Shown here in pieces: positions 1 through 9,115 of a stretch of 32,000 bases of DNA. Under the pieces are notes generated by a model. The model searched no databases. It was not told the origin of the DNA and saw only the letters and a list, made by a program, of their open reading frames with translations. Position 1 is the stretch's first letter. Every line of letters begins with the position of its first letter. Position numbers and translations under genes: made by a program. This stretch comes from Acaryochloris marina MBIC11017 (GTDB taxonomy: Bacteria; Cyanobacteriota; Cyanobacteriia; Thermosynechococcales; Thermosynechococcaceae): contig NC_009925.1 of NCBI RefSeq assembly GCF_000018105.1, positions 3,300,001 through 3,332,000 on the forward strand, in the 5' to 3' direction.

Positions 1-725
1 CTAACCCCAACACCCGTGCGGACTCCTCCCACACTTGGGGGTGAATAATTGTCAACAGAGACGTCAAAATTGAAAGGTTTGGATTCTTTAACAACCACAG
101 AGAGAATGCTTTCCCCAGCATTTTCACCCGGGGCAAGAGTGCCATTAACGGTTTCAAATAGGGGATCGAGCTGCAACAGTCGGAGCTGGTCTTCAATGGC
201 TCCTAGTTGAGCAGGGGTGCTAGTACCCAGAGCGAGTCGCTTTTTTAAGTAGCCTGTTTTGGTTTGTGTATTACCCTCAATGCGGATATCGCTAATAGTC
301 CCTTCTATGACCTGGATTTGGACTGTGCCATCAGTAATCTCTTGTTCAGAAAGGACTGCACGAGAAGTGAGATAGCCTTGATCGAAATAAAGCTGAGTAA
401 TGGCTTCAGTCAGGGCTTGTAGCTCATTGATAGAAACGTCTCGGCCTTCGAGAGGCGTCACGAGAGGTTCAAAGTCAGTTGGAGTGAAAACAGTACTGCC
501 AATGATGTCGATTTGGGTGACAGAAAGGGTTGTCTGACCGTCGGGGGTCTTCACTGCCGGAGGAGCCGGGGCAGGCGTAATCGGATCGTCAGTCTCTGCT
601 GGCAAGGCATCTTCAGGATTGGGCAAAGGTTGAGGAATTCGGTCTTGGTTTGGATCGGGGCGTTGGGCCAAGGCAGGAGAGGCGAGGAAAAGGAGAAGAA
701 GGGCCGTTGAGGAAAAAAGTTGCAT
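1..725 (-). CDS. TpsB-type (ShlB/FhaC/HecB family) two-partner-secretion outer-membrane transporter; N-terminal part only, continues past the left edge
   Basis: Not in the ORF track because it is open at position 1. Hand translation of the reverse strand from ATG 725-723 gives MQLFSSTALLLLFLASPALAQRPDPNQDRIPQPLPNPEDALPAETDDPITPAPAPPAVKTPDGQTTLSVTQIDIIGSTVFTP..., a signal peptide followed by a Pro-rich linker. It continues ...EAITQLYFDQGYLTSRAVLSEQEITDGTVQIQVIEGTISDIRIEGNTQTKTGYLKKRL..., a POTRA-type segment typical of ShlB/FhaC. No stop codon down to position 1. It lies 190 bp downstream of the TpsA gene on the same strand. Confidence 0.85.
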   Translation of the reverse strand, partial: MQLFSSTALLLLFLASPALAQRPDPNQDRIPQPLPNPEDALPAETDDPITPAPAPPAVKTPDGQTTLSVTQIDIIGSTVFTPTDFEPLVTPLEGRDVSINELQALTEAITQLYFDQGYLTSRAVLSEQEITDGTVQIQVIEGTISDIRIEGNTQTKTGYLKKRLALGTSTPAQLGAIEDQLRLLQLDPLFETVNGTLAPGENAGESILSVVVKESKPFNFDVSVDNYSPPSVGGVRTGVGV

Positions 726-915
726 AAGAAAATGCGTCAATAGGAACGAAGGATTGAATACGGGATTCGATTAAACCTGAAACCTGAAAACTAAAACCGA
801 CGTTGTATAGATAGGGAATGGTGTGGGCTCATGCCATTCCGAATTCAATATCTGTATGGATGAAGGGCAGCTGAGTCACTGACAAAACAACATGCACTCA
901 AAGAATTCGGATTAA

Positions 916-3900
916 TCAGGGACAGTCAGCCCCTAACGCTTCTTGACTTTCTTCTGGAGGAGGGGTTTGACCTTGAACATCAGGAATATCAATATCTACC
1001 TCCAAATTCACTGTAGGAACTGCTCCGCAGGCAACATCAGATGTCTTTGACAACTCCTGTAGATCAGTCCAAAATCCTAAGAATTCCGTTGCAGGGATAT
1101 CAGGGGTGGTTGGCGCAATGGGTGAGTTTGTCAGGGTAAAATTACCTGCCGTAACGCCAACACCAGTAGCAGTAACTGTAAAGGTACCCGCCGTATCATT
1201 AGCTGTGGCGCTCACACTGGCTACCCCATTATTGTCGGTGGTGGCGGTGGTCGCGCTGAGGGTGCTAGAGGCTCCAGTGCTCGGTGCACTGTAGTTCAGG
1301 GTCGTGTTGGGGACCAGATTGCCAAACTGGTCAGTGACGGTAACATCTAACGTATTCGCAAAGGCGGTGTTGACGGTGGTTGATTGGTTGTTCCCCCCAC
1401 TGATGGTTAACAAAGCCGGAACATCGGGAGTATTGGTGAGGTTGAAGCTGACTGGGGCAAGGGTGCCAGAGCTGCTAGAGATCACATAGCTGCCAGCCAC
1501 GGTATTGCCAGTGGCACTCACTCTGGCTACCCCATTACTATCAGTGGTGGCGGTGGTCGCGCTGAGGGTGCTGGAGGCTCCGGTGCTCGGTGCGCTGTAG
1601 TTCAGGGTCGTGTTGGGGACTAGATTGCCAAACTGATCCGTGACGGTCACATCTAACGTATTCGCAAAGGCGGTGTTGACGGTGGTTGATTGGTCATTCC
1701 CCCCACTGATGGTTAACAAAGCCGGAACATCGGGGGTATTGGTGAGGTTGAAGCTGGCCGGGGTAAGGGTGCCAGAGCTGCTAGAGATTACATAGCTGCC
1801 AGCCACGGTATTGGCAGTCAAAGTGGGAGCTGTGGCCACCCCTGTGGCATTGGTGACTACAGTGGTGGTCGGGTTGCCATTGAAACTCCCCGTTGCCCCC
1901 GTGGGTGAAGGGGTAGCCGTAAAGGTAACATTGAGCCCCGATACTGGAAGGGGTGAATTAGCAAAGTTTTCTGTGACTTGAGCTTCTAGAGCTGTGGTGA
2001 AGGCCGTATTCACAGTCGTTGTTTGATTATTGCCCGCAGTCACCGCCAAGCTATACCCTTGGGACTCAACAGCCCCAATATCTACTGTGCCGTTGAAACG
2101 ATTGGCTCCTCGTTGGTCCGTGGTCAGCGTGGCGGCCATGGCAAGGGCATCACTTCCTGCATTGAGAGCAGGGCTATCCAGGAAAAAGGCGTGAGTTTGG
2201 GTGGGGCCGCCATAGTCGCCGAGGGGGAGCAGCATCGGATCGAGAGGGGTAGCCACACTGCCGACCAGGGTACTGGTGGTGAAAATCCCCTGGTTATCAA
2301 CGCCAATCAGGTTATTACCCGCGTCGATAATCGGGGAATTGGTGGCACTTGCTCGTCTTACATCTGGAAATACCGTAGCTGTATTCAGGGCAATGATACT
2401 GTTAGCCACGGTTACCCGCGCAGTATTAGCACCGCCCAAAAAATTAAGATTGAGAATGCCACCTGAGCTGCTCCCTGGATTGGTCACTTCATTCTGGACA
2501 ATGGTGCTATTGGTGATGGTGATGGTCGCGCCCAAGAGGGAAGTTTGTCCCCGGTTGTAGATGCCACCGCCCCCGAAGACCACTGTATTCCCAGAAATGG
2601 TGCTGTTGTTGACGATCACCACTGCACTGTTGTTAGCATTTTGTCCCAATTGGGCAATGCCACCGCCCACATTGGCATTATTGCCAGTAATCGTGCTGTT
2701 GTTGACGGTCATCACCGTACTATTGGGGCCGGCCCCCGTAAAGGAAGTGTTGGACAGGGCACCGCCATTACCCATGGCCGTATTCCCAGAAATGGTGCTG
2801 TTGTTGATGGTCACCGTCACAGCATTGGCAGTAGTATTAAAGCTGGAAATAGCACCCCCATCATCTGCGGCTGTATTGCCAGTAATGATGCTGTTGTTGA
2901 CCGTTAGCGTTCCTCTGTTGTGGATGGCCCCACCATCGTCTCCTTGACCACCAGAATTGGCTATCCCACCCGTCAGGGTGATATCGTTGACCTCTAACTC
3001 GGCACCTAGGGCTACATGTATCAACCGAAAGTCAGGGGCAGTAGTATCCCGCGCAAGGGTATTGCCCATGCCATTAATCGTCAACTTTTCGGGTGCCGTA
3101 ATGGAGGGCAAACCATTCGCTCCGTTAGTCGCGTTATCTACCGCTGCCAGGGTGATATTATTCGCCAGATTAATCGTATCTGTCTCTGTATTGCCATTCG
3201 CCAGATTGATCGCGGCAATCAAGCTCGCGGCATCCGTTGCGGTAAAGACCTGTAATAGTCCCTTATAGTCTGCTAGGGTGGTGGCCTCAAAAGCGCTACC
3301 CGTTTCAATGCTGCCAATCGACTGCTCCAGTATCCAGTTACCGCCTCGGGCTGTATCTCCGGTTAGATCTGTACTACCTGCCACATCCGCATGGGTCAAT
3401 TCGGCAATTTTATTCAGCAGCGCCAGCCCCTCGGGTCCACGGGCTGTCAAACAGGCATAGATTAAAATATCTGCTTCAGTACTGAGTAAGCCTCCCCATT
3501 GCTGAAAATGGGCTTTGTATTTGTCTAAGGTTTCATTGCTCACATAGGCATTGCCCAGCCAAAACTCGCCCTCATCTCCCTCTGAAACGATATGGACGGC
3601 ATCAACAGCTCCCACCTGTTGTAAGACGCTGGTGACTCGTTCGATGCCATTTTCGCTCACGGGGATGGCGACCGTTGTCGTCCCGGCTTCAGTTCCAAAC
3701 AACAGCCTTTGGTAGTCCGGTACTGTAGTGTCGAGAAAGACTAACTCGTTGGCGTTAGTGCCATCTGCATTAAATCGCGTCACGATTGGGGCACTATGTT
3801 GGCCATTGTGAGTGGTAATCAGCTTTTCACTATCCCCCATCACATTGACGTGATTCGCTGCCGCCAACTGCACCTGGTCACCTGAAACTTCTCCAGAAAT

Positions 3901-4815
3901 AGCCACATCGCCAGTTGCCACAGGCGTATTCAACAACCAAGTACGACCTGCCGCATCAACTTCCACACCTGTCGCTACTGGGACGTCACCCCCTGTTAAT
4001 AGTTCTGAAAGAGATACTGCCCTAAAGGGCTCTGTGGTATCAGGATCAAGCTGTTTTACTTCCAGACTGAGCAACATATCAGGATGATTGATACGTACCC
4101 GACGCTGACCGGGTACTGCAGCAAGGGTAACTTGCCCTCCCTCAGCGGAGAGAGAGCCTGTATTCACGACCGTGCCCCCAATCAGGCTCAAGTTCTGCCC
4201 TTTTGCCACGGCCAGGTTTCCGGCATTGACGATACTACCAGGCTGGTCCGTATTAAACAGCAAACTCTGGGGAGTCCCCCCTAAGGCAGCATAGTCATTG
4301 TCACCAATTGTGTTAAACCAACCCTTTTCAAAGCCAATGCCAGTGGCAGTGGTTGCGCGAAAATCTGCAGGGACATTGATCGTGGCATTGGGACCAAACA
4401 CAATTCCTGCGGGGTTCATAAGGTACAGGTTGGCATTGCTTCCCTGGACTTGAATCAGACCATTAATAATCGAGGCATCTCCTCCGTTCACGCGCCCAAG
4501 AATATTCTGAATGCCGGGATTGCTGAGAAAGGTTGCAATTTCTCCTTGGCTAAGGCCAAATTTCTTAAAGCTATGAAATAGATTGGCCCCATCGCCTGAA
4601 AGACTGCCACCACTGATGTTAAACCGCTTACCATCAGCGGTGACAATGGTCTGAGTGCCGTTGGGTTCGGTGACAATCGATTGGGCGTGGGCTGGCTGCA
4701 TCCATAAGTACACTCCCAAAAACGGTAGCAATAGAAGTCTGGGTATAGGCCAAAGTTTCATAACAACCCTTTGATTAAGATCAGTAAAACCGATGCTTCG
4801 CTCAAGTATGCCCAT
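916..4815 (-). CDS. TpsA-type secreted exoprotein (filamentous-haemagglutinin-like adhesin): TPS domain, DUF4347-like segment, parallel beta-helix repeats and three Big_1-like Ig repeats
   Basis: 1299-aa ORF from the track. Signal-like MKLWPIPRLLLLPFLGVYLWMQPAHAQ (alternative start ATG at 4761). TPS/haemagglutination-activity domain at approx 3918-4683 (FNISGGSLSGDGANLFHSFKKFGL, ILGRVNGGDASIINGLIQV, NLYLMNPAGIVFGPNATINV). DUF4347-like segment at approx 3258-3750 (ELVFLDTTVPDYQRLL; family name from memory). Gly/Asn-rich beta-helix repeats at approx 2200-3180 (NNSTISGNTA...GGGI). Three Ig-like repeats at approx 1110-2045 (SGGN[DN]QSTTVNTAFANTLDVTVTDQFGNLVPNTTLNYSAP). A 60-aa acidic tail with two Cys. 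Confidence 0.9.
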   Translation of the reverse strand: MGILERSIGFTDLNQRVVMKLWPIPRLLLLPFLGVYLWMQPAHAQSIVTEPNGTQTIVTADGKRFNISGGSLSGDGANLFHSFKKFGLSQGEIATFLSNPGIQNILGRVNGGDASIINGLIQVQGSNANLYLMNPAGIVFGPNATINVPADFRATTATGIGFEKGWFNTIGDNDYAALGGTPQSLLFNTDQPGSIVNAGNLAVAKGQNLSLIGGTVVNTGSLSAEGGQVTLAAVPGQRRVRINHPDMLLSLEVKQLDPDTTEPFRAVSLSELLTGGDVPVATGVEVDAAGRTWLLNTPVATGDVAISGEVSGDQVQLAAANHVNVMGDSEKLITTHNGQHSAPIVTRFNADGTNANELVFLDTTVPDYQRLLFGTEAGTTTVAIPVSENGIERVTSVLQQVGAVDAVHIVSEGDEGEFWLGNAYVSNETLDKYKAHFQQWGGLLSTEADILIYACLTARGPEGLALLNKIAELTHADVAGSTDLTGDTARGGNWILEQSIGSIETGSAFEATTLADYKGLLQVFTATDAASLIAAINLANGNTETDTINLANNITLAAVDNATNGANGLPSITAPEKLTINGMGNTLARDTTAPDFRLIHVALGAELEVNDITLTGGIANSGGQGDDGGAIHNRGTLTVNNSIITGNTAADDGGAISSFNTTANAVTVTINNSTISGNTAMGNGGALSNTSFTGAGPNSTVMTVNNSTITGNNANVGGGIAQLGQNANNSAVVIVNNSTISGNTVVFGGGGIYNRGQTSLLGATITITNSTIVQNEVTNPGSSSGGILNLNFLGGANTARVTVANSIIALNTATVFPDVRRASATNSPIIDAGNNLIGVDNQGIFTTSTLVGSVATPLDPMLLPLGDYGGPTQTHAFFLDSPALNAGSDALAMAATLTTDQRGANRFNGTVDIGAVESQGYSLAVTAGNNQTTTVNTAFTTALEAQVTENFANSPLPVSGLNVTFTATPSPTGATGSFNGNPTTTVVTNATGVATAPTLTANTVAGSYVISSSSGTLTPASFNLTNTPDVPALLTISGGNDQSTTVNTAFANTLDVTVTDQFGNLVPNTTLNYSAPSTGASSTLSATTATTDSNGVARVSATGNTVAGSYVISSSSGTLAPVSFNLTNTPDVPALLTISGGNNQSTTVNTAFANTLDVTVTDQFGNLVPNTTLNYSAPSTGASSTLSATTATTDNNGVASVSATANDTAGTFTVTATGVGVTAGNFTLTNSPIAPTTPDIPATEFLGFWTDLQELSKTSDVACGAVPTVNLEVDIDIPDVQGQTPPPEESQEALGADCP
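1190..1815. repeat. Two near-identical tandem 306-bp (102-codon) units inside the TpsA gene, encoding Ig-like repeats 2 and 3
   Basis: The string ctggctacccc starts at 1217 and again at 1523, so the period is 306 bp. Long identical runs are shared by both units (ggtggtggcggtggtcgcgctgagggtgct; taacgtattcgcaaaggcggtgttgacggtggttgattgg; ccccccactgatggttaacaaagccggaacatcggg). About 95 percent identity by eye. A third, much more diverged copy lies at approx 1815-2045. Confidence 0.85.
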
Positions 4816-5526
4816 TGTGAAAATACATTTGAATACTCACATATCGGCATCCAGCACATTAAAGATGTTTCAAAAAGGGAAAATTCTTTGATGCAATTGA
4901 ATGGCTAAATCCTCGAAATCCTAGACAGTTATATGCAATGAGTTTTTGCAGCAAGGATTAGAGCTAGCCCCCGCAGGACTTAGGCCGTTAGCTTAGATCT
5001 TTTATCAACTTAGGGGTATTCTACGTTAGTAGAATTTCTTGGCTACATCTCCTACAAGCGAGTGTGCAGCACTCGGTATTTGAGTAACAATTACCGGTGG
5101 TGTGGAATTGAAAATATCTCCAACTTATAAGTAGACTGAGTTACAACAGCTAAGTGCAGTAAGTGCAGAGGGATATCTGATTGACCATGAAGCACTGGCA
5201 ACGATTAGTCTTTATCTGACTGAGCGGCTGAAGCGATTGAGAGATTTTGTATTGAATTTCGAGACCGTACCTGTACTTTTTGAACAAGCCATTCAACTGC
5301 CTGGTCAGGGATTGGCGTTCATGATGGCAATACCATGTGCCCGAATTGATGCACCGAAACTCAAAGCCGTTGGGTCGAGATAGTCGCAACCATCTGAAAC
5401 AGCCCTGCACCCCTAATAATGTATCGTTGTCGTTTTCCCAGTAAGGAATCGTTGCTATCGAAGCCTAAGACGAGATCCCAGCATTCCCTCCCGCAGCGGA
5501 AATCGTTGCTAACCTCGCCTCATCAG

Positions 5527-6876
5527 TTAGCGATTACTGTTTGTACGATTAATTTGTTTCAAGACTTTGAGCACGCTCTGATAGCTAGCAATGTCTCCTT
5601 GGGCCTGATATAGTTCTGCAGCTTTTTGAAAATCGGCAATAGTCCCTGCCCGATTTCGTAACTGCCATTGAACCGTTGCCCGTTTTGCATAAGTTTTTGG
5701 AGTTTCTCGAATCTGGATAGCTTGGTTTAAATCATCAATCGCACCTTGATAATCTCCAGCTTGGGCACGCAGACTTGCTCGATTGTAATAGGTCACTAAG
5801 TTCACTGCTGCATTTGGATTCAGGCGAATCACTTGGTCGTAGTCGGCAAGTGCTTGTTGAGTATCCTTTAGCTGGCCATGAACAATGGCACGATGGAGAT
5901 AACCCACATAACCTTTGGGATGAATCCGAATAGATTGATTAAAATCTGCCAAAGCTTGTGTCAGATTTCCGCGAGCATGGTTGACTCGACCTCGTGTTAA
6001 AAAGGCCTGGCTATATCCAGGATTGAGGCGAATTGCCTCATCGAGAGCGGCCATAGCACCTGGTAAATCACCTTGCACATTTTGTTTCATTACAGCTTGA
6101 AGAAAATAATCATCTGCTGTGGAGGGTTGCTTGGGGATTGAAACAGCAACAGATTGAAAACCGAGGTTTGGTGCCACTTTGGTAATCTTATTTAAGAAAA
6201 TATGAGTCGGGATGGCTAAATTGGCACCAATTTTTAATTGAGTCTGTGGGTGAATGCCCCTACTTTCAGCTAAGGGGGTAAGACTTTGTCCATGAATGCC
6301 GATGAGTTGGCCGGTTTGATTTAGCACTGACCCGCCACTCATGCCTTGGAACGTGTTGTTGGAATATGCGATCGCATAACCATCGGTTAGTGGACTTGCT
6401 GCATGAGCTGCAATAACACCACTTGTGAAACGCAAATTAGCTTCACGATTGGCCTCTAAGTTGGCAGGAAAACCACTGACAAAAACAGCATTGCCATATT
6501 TGGCTTGTCTGGAGTCGCCGATGGTCGCCACCTGATAAGTGCGATTGCTCGTAAACTCTAAAATTGCTAGATCAACTTCGGGAAAATGACGCACAGTTGC
6601 GTAGTCGATGGCATAACGTCGATCGTCTGGTGTAATGATGTCGTATTCATCTTCTGTCGCCACGACATGGGCAGCAGTGAGAACCGTATAGGTATCACCA
6701 CTCCGTTTAATCAAGATCCCTGAACCTGGGGTTTGACTATCAATGCGAACCGTAATGTTCTTAGCGATACGCTCAAGCTCAGATAGGGGAAGAGCAGAAG
6801 CAAGCTGCGGCTGAATAAGAGCTGTGGTTGCTGCTATTCCAAACACGATAGACAGAGATTTTGGAGCGAAATTCAT
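5527..6876 (-). CDS. Secreted trypsin-like (chymotrypsin-fold) serine protease fused to C-terminal TPR repeats
   Basis: ORF-track ORF 5527..7023, trimmed to the internal ATG at 6876. That start gives a signal peptide, MNFAPKSLSIVFGIAATTALIQPQLASA. The 49 codons upstream of it read into the IS256 left end. Catalytic-triad contexts are present: TVLTAAHVV (His), DLAILEF (Asp), FQGMSGGSVLN (Ser). The C-terminal ~190 aa are TPR-like (AIRLNPGYSQAFLTRGRV..., VIRLNPNAAVNLVTYYNRA..., YQGAIDDLNQAIQI...). Confidence 0.85.
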   Translation of the reverse strand: MNFAPKSLSIVFGIAATTALIQPQLASALPLSELERIAKNITVRIDSQTPGSGILIKRSGDTYTVLTAAHVVATEDEYDIITPDDRRYAIDYATVRHFPEVDLAILEFTSNRTYQVATIGDSRQAKYGNAVFVSGFPANLEANREANLRFTSGVIAAHAASPLTDGYAIAYSNNTFQGMSGGSVLNQTGQLIGIHGQSLTPLAESRGIHPQTQLKIGANLAIPTHIFLNKITKVAPNLGFQSVAVSIPKQPSTADDYFLQAVMKQNVQGDLPGAMAALDEAIRLNPGYSQAFLTRGRVNHARGNLTQALADFNQSIRIHPKGYVGYLHRAIVHGQLKDTQQALADYDQVIRLNPNAAVNLVTYYNRASLRAQAGDYQGAIDDLNQAIQIRETPKTYAKRATVQWQLRNRAGTIADFQKAAELYQAQGDIASYQSVLKVLKQINRTNSNR

Positions 6877-6969
6877 CGAAAGGATTGAACAACAACGCTC
6901 ATCATAACAGTTGCAAGATATTGTTATTGTTGCCAACGCGAGATGCCTATGTGCTTGTCCAGCATCCCA

Positions 6970-6977
6970 TAGACGAT
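6970..6977. repeat. Left 8-bp target-site duplication (tagacgat) of the outer IS256-family element
   Basis: tagacgat lies immediately before the IS left end gggactgttcag. The same octamer lies immediately after the right end at 9678-9685. Confidence 0.85.
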
Positions 6978-7037
6978 GGGACTGTTCAGAGTTTTGTGTA
7001 AGCGGTCTAGGATCCAAACACATCAGGAGACCGTACG

Positions 7038-7768
7038 ATGTCTAGAAAGAAAAAAGCTCCCAATCGAGTCGATGAACTGTTAGATGAACTCATCGGAGAG
7101 AACCCTCAACCGGAAGATATTCTGGGCGAATCAGGACTGCTTAAACGACTCAGCAAACGCCTAGTGGAACGAGCCCTTGCAGGTGAATTGACTCATCACC
7201 TGCAGCAATCCTCCAACGATCAGTCAGGTGATGAGAATTCTAATGGCCCCAGAAATAGTCGCAATGGTTACTCGAAAAAGACCGTCCAGTCTGAACAAGG
7301 AGAGATGGACCTATCGATTCCTCGTGACCGTTGCGGCGAGTTTGAGCCTGTCCTGGTGCCTAAAGGCCAGCGACGCATCGCAGGGCTCGATGAGAAAATC
7401 ATCGCCTTATATGCTCGGGGCATGACCACCCGTGATATTCGAGCCCAATTGGTGGAGCTGTATGGGGCCAATATCTCTGAAGCTCTGATTAGTGACGTCA
7501 CCAATAGCGTCATGGAAGAGGTCAAAGACTGGCGTTCAAGGCCGCTGGATGAGGTGTATCCGATTGTCTATCTTGATGCGCTGTATGTGAACATCAAAGT
7601 CAATGGTCAAGTCAGCAAGCGAGCTGTCTATGTCGCTTTGGCAGTGACTGTGGAGGGCAACAAGGAACTGTTGGGATTATGGATAGGAGCCGCTGAACGA
7701 GAGGGAGCAAAATTCTGGCTTTCGGTGCTCACAGACCTTAAAAATCGAGGAACTCAGGATATCTTGAT
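7038..7768 (+). pseudogene. 5-prime part of the outer IS256-family transposase gene, cut by the nested insertion
   Basis: Its first 243 codons are identical to the intact transposase at 7829. The ORF-track ORF 7038..7874 then reads into the left end of the inner IS (…GTQDILMGLFRVLCKRS…) and terminates. Confidence 0.9.
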
Positions 7769-9115
7769 GGGACTGTTCAGAGTTTTGTGTAAGCGGTCTA
7801 GGATCCAAACACATCAGGAGACCGTACGATGTCTAGAAAGAAAAAAGCTCCCAATCGAGTCGATGAACTGTTAGATGAACTCATCGGAGAGAACCCTCAA
7901 CCGGAAGATATTCTGGGCGAATCAGGACTGCTTAAACGACTCAGCAAACGCCTAGTGGAACGAGCCCTTGCAGGTGAATTGACTCATCACCTGCAGCAAT
8001 CCTCCAACGATCAGTCAGGTGATGAGAATTCTAATGGCCCCAGAAATAGTCGCAATGGTTACTCGAAAAAGACCGTCCAGTCTGAACAAGGAGAGATGGA
8101 CCTATCGATTCCTCGTGACCGTTGCGGCGAGTTTGAGCCTGTCCTGGTGCCTAAAGGCCAGCGACGCATCGCAGGGCTCGATGAGAAAATCATCGCCTTA
8201 TATGCTCGGGGCATGACCACCCGTGATATTCGAGCCCAATTGGTGGAGCTGTATGGGGCCAATATCTCTGAAGCTCTGATTAGTGACGTCACCAATAGCG
8301 TCATGGAAGAGGTCAAAGACTGGCGTTCAAGGCCGCTGGATGAGGTGTATCCGATTGTCTATCTTGATGCGCTGTATGTGAACATCAAAGTCAATGGTCA
8401 AGTCAGCAAGCGAGCTGTCTATGTCGCTTTGGCAGTGACTGTGGAGGGCAACAAGGAACTGTTGGGATTATGGATAGGAGCCGCTGAACGAGAGGGAGCA
8501 AAATTCTGGCTTTCGGTGCTCACAGACCTTAAAAATCGAGGAACTCAGGATATCTTGATTGCTTGCTGTGATGGACTCAAAGGTTTTCCTCAAGCGATTG
8601 AGTCGGTCTACCCTCAGACCCAGGTGCAGGTTTGTATTGTCCATCTTATTCGTAATAGCCTTCGCCATGTGCCGTGGAAGGAAAGTCGAGCCGTAGCTGC
8701 AGACCTCAAGCCCATTTACCAAGCGGCCACTTTGGAAGAGTCTGAGGCTGCGTTGGATGCATTTGCCCATAAATGGGACGAGACGTATCCTGGCATTAGC
8801 CAAATCTGGATACGACATTGGGATAATGTTGCCCCGTTGTTTCAATACCCAATGGCCATCCGTAAGGTTATCTACACCACCAATGCCATTGAGTCGCTCA
8901 ACCGCTCACTGAGAAAGGTGATTAAGACCAAAGCGGTTTTCCCTAATGAAGAGTCTGTCTACAAATTGATGTTTCTAGCGATGAGGAATATTTCGAAGCG
9001 ATGGACCAGACCAATTCTGAATTGGAAGGCGGCGCTGTCCCATTTTGCTATTCTGTTCCCAACACGATTCAACTATTGAATACACTGCTGCTTACACAAA
9101 AATCTAAACACTCTC
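7769..9115 (+). mobile_element. Inner, intact IS256-family insertion sequence (1347 bp) nested inside an identical copy
   Basis: Carries the same terminal sequences as the outer copy. It interrupts the outer transposase gene at ...caggatatcttgat|...|cttgattgcttgc. The uninterrupted sequence caggatatcttgattgcttgc is visible inside the inner copy at about 8548-8568. Only 6 bp (cttgat: 7763-7768 and 9116-9121) are duplicated at this junction. Confidence 0.9.
7829..9079 (+). CDS. IS256-family (Mutator-like) DDE transposase, intact, 416 aa
   Basis: ORF-track ORF. The sequence is typical of IS256-family transposases (…IVYLDALYVNIKVNGQV…LLGLWIG…EGAKFWLSVLTDLKNRGTQDILIACCDGLKGFPQAIESVYPQTQVQVCIVHLIRNSLRHV…TTNAIESLNRSLRKVIKTK…). 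Confidence 0.92.
   Translation: MSRKKKAPNRVDELLDELIGENPQPEDILGESGLLKRLSKRLVERALAGELTHHLQQSSNDQSGDENSNGPRNSRNGYSKKTVQSEQGEMDLSIPRDRCGEFEPVLVPKGQRRIAGLDEKIIALYARGMTTRDIRAQLVELYGANISEALISDVTNSVMEEVKDWRSRPLDEVYPIVYLDALYVNIKVNGQVSKRAVYVALAVTVEGNKELLGLWIGAAEREGAKFWLSVLTDLKNRGTQDILIACCDGLKGFPQAIESVYPQTQVQVCIVHLIRNSLRHVPWKESRAVAADLKPIYQAATLEESEAALDAFAHKWDETYPGISQIWIRHWDNVAPLFQYPMAIRKVIYTTNAIESLNRSLRKVIKTKAVFPNEESVYKLMFLAMRNISKRWTRPILNWKAALSHFAILFPTRFNY

Noticed and set aside
916-1100. Possibility that the TpsA C-terminus is a CdiA-CT-type toxin with a downstream immunity gene
   Set aside because: The tail is only about 60 aa, acidic, and lacks a VENN or other pre-toxin motif. The 190-bp spacer before tpsB contains no ORF. 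There is no support for a contact-dependent inhibition module.
1106-4284. Many plus-strand ORFs of 60-147 aa (1106, 1304, 2023, 2276, 2545, 2561, 2957, 3016, 3278, 4084) and minus-strand ORFs in other frames (2124, 4488), all lying inside the TpsA gene
   Set aside because: They are shadow frames of a long, repetitive, Gly/Thr/Asn-rich gene. Their low-complexity translations rich in Val, Pro and Arg have no independent start or RBS signals. The 1299-aa frame has clear domain content.
5131-5144. GTAgactgagtTAC, a perfect GTA-N8-TAC NtcA-type palindrome upstream of the TpsA gene
   Set aside because: The pattern is expected about eight times by chance in 32 kb. The only TAN3T box downstream (toward tpsA) is 14 nt away rather than the canonical ~22 nt. 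This is not enough to call an NtcA site.
5150-5613. ORF-track ORFs 5150..5410 (minus) and 5419..5613 (plus)
   Set aside because: Their composition is odd (Cys/Arg/Trp-rich or Ser/Leu/Pro-rich), they have no RBS, and 5419..5613 overlaps the 3-prime end of the protease gene. The only protein-like frame in this spacer lacks a start codon and is reported as a possible remnant.
6877-7023. N-terminal 49-codon extension of the protease ORF
   Set aside because: The extension reads into the left terminal repeat of the IS256 element from 6978 onward and is Cys-rich. The internal ATG at 6876 gives a canonical signal peptide.
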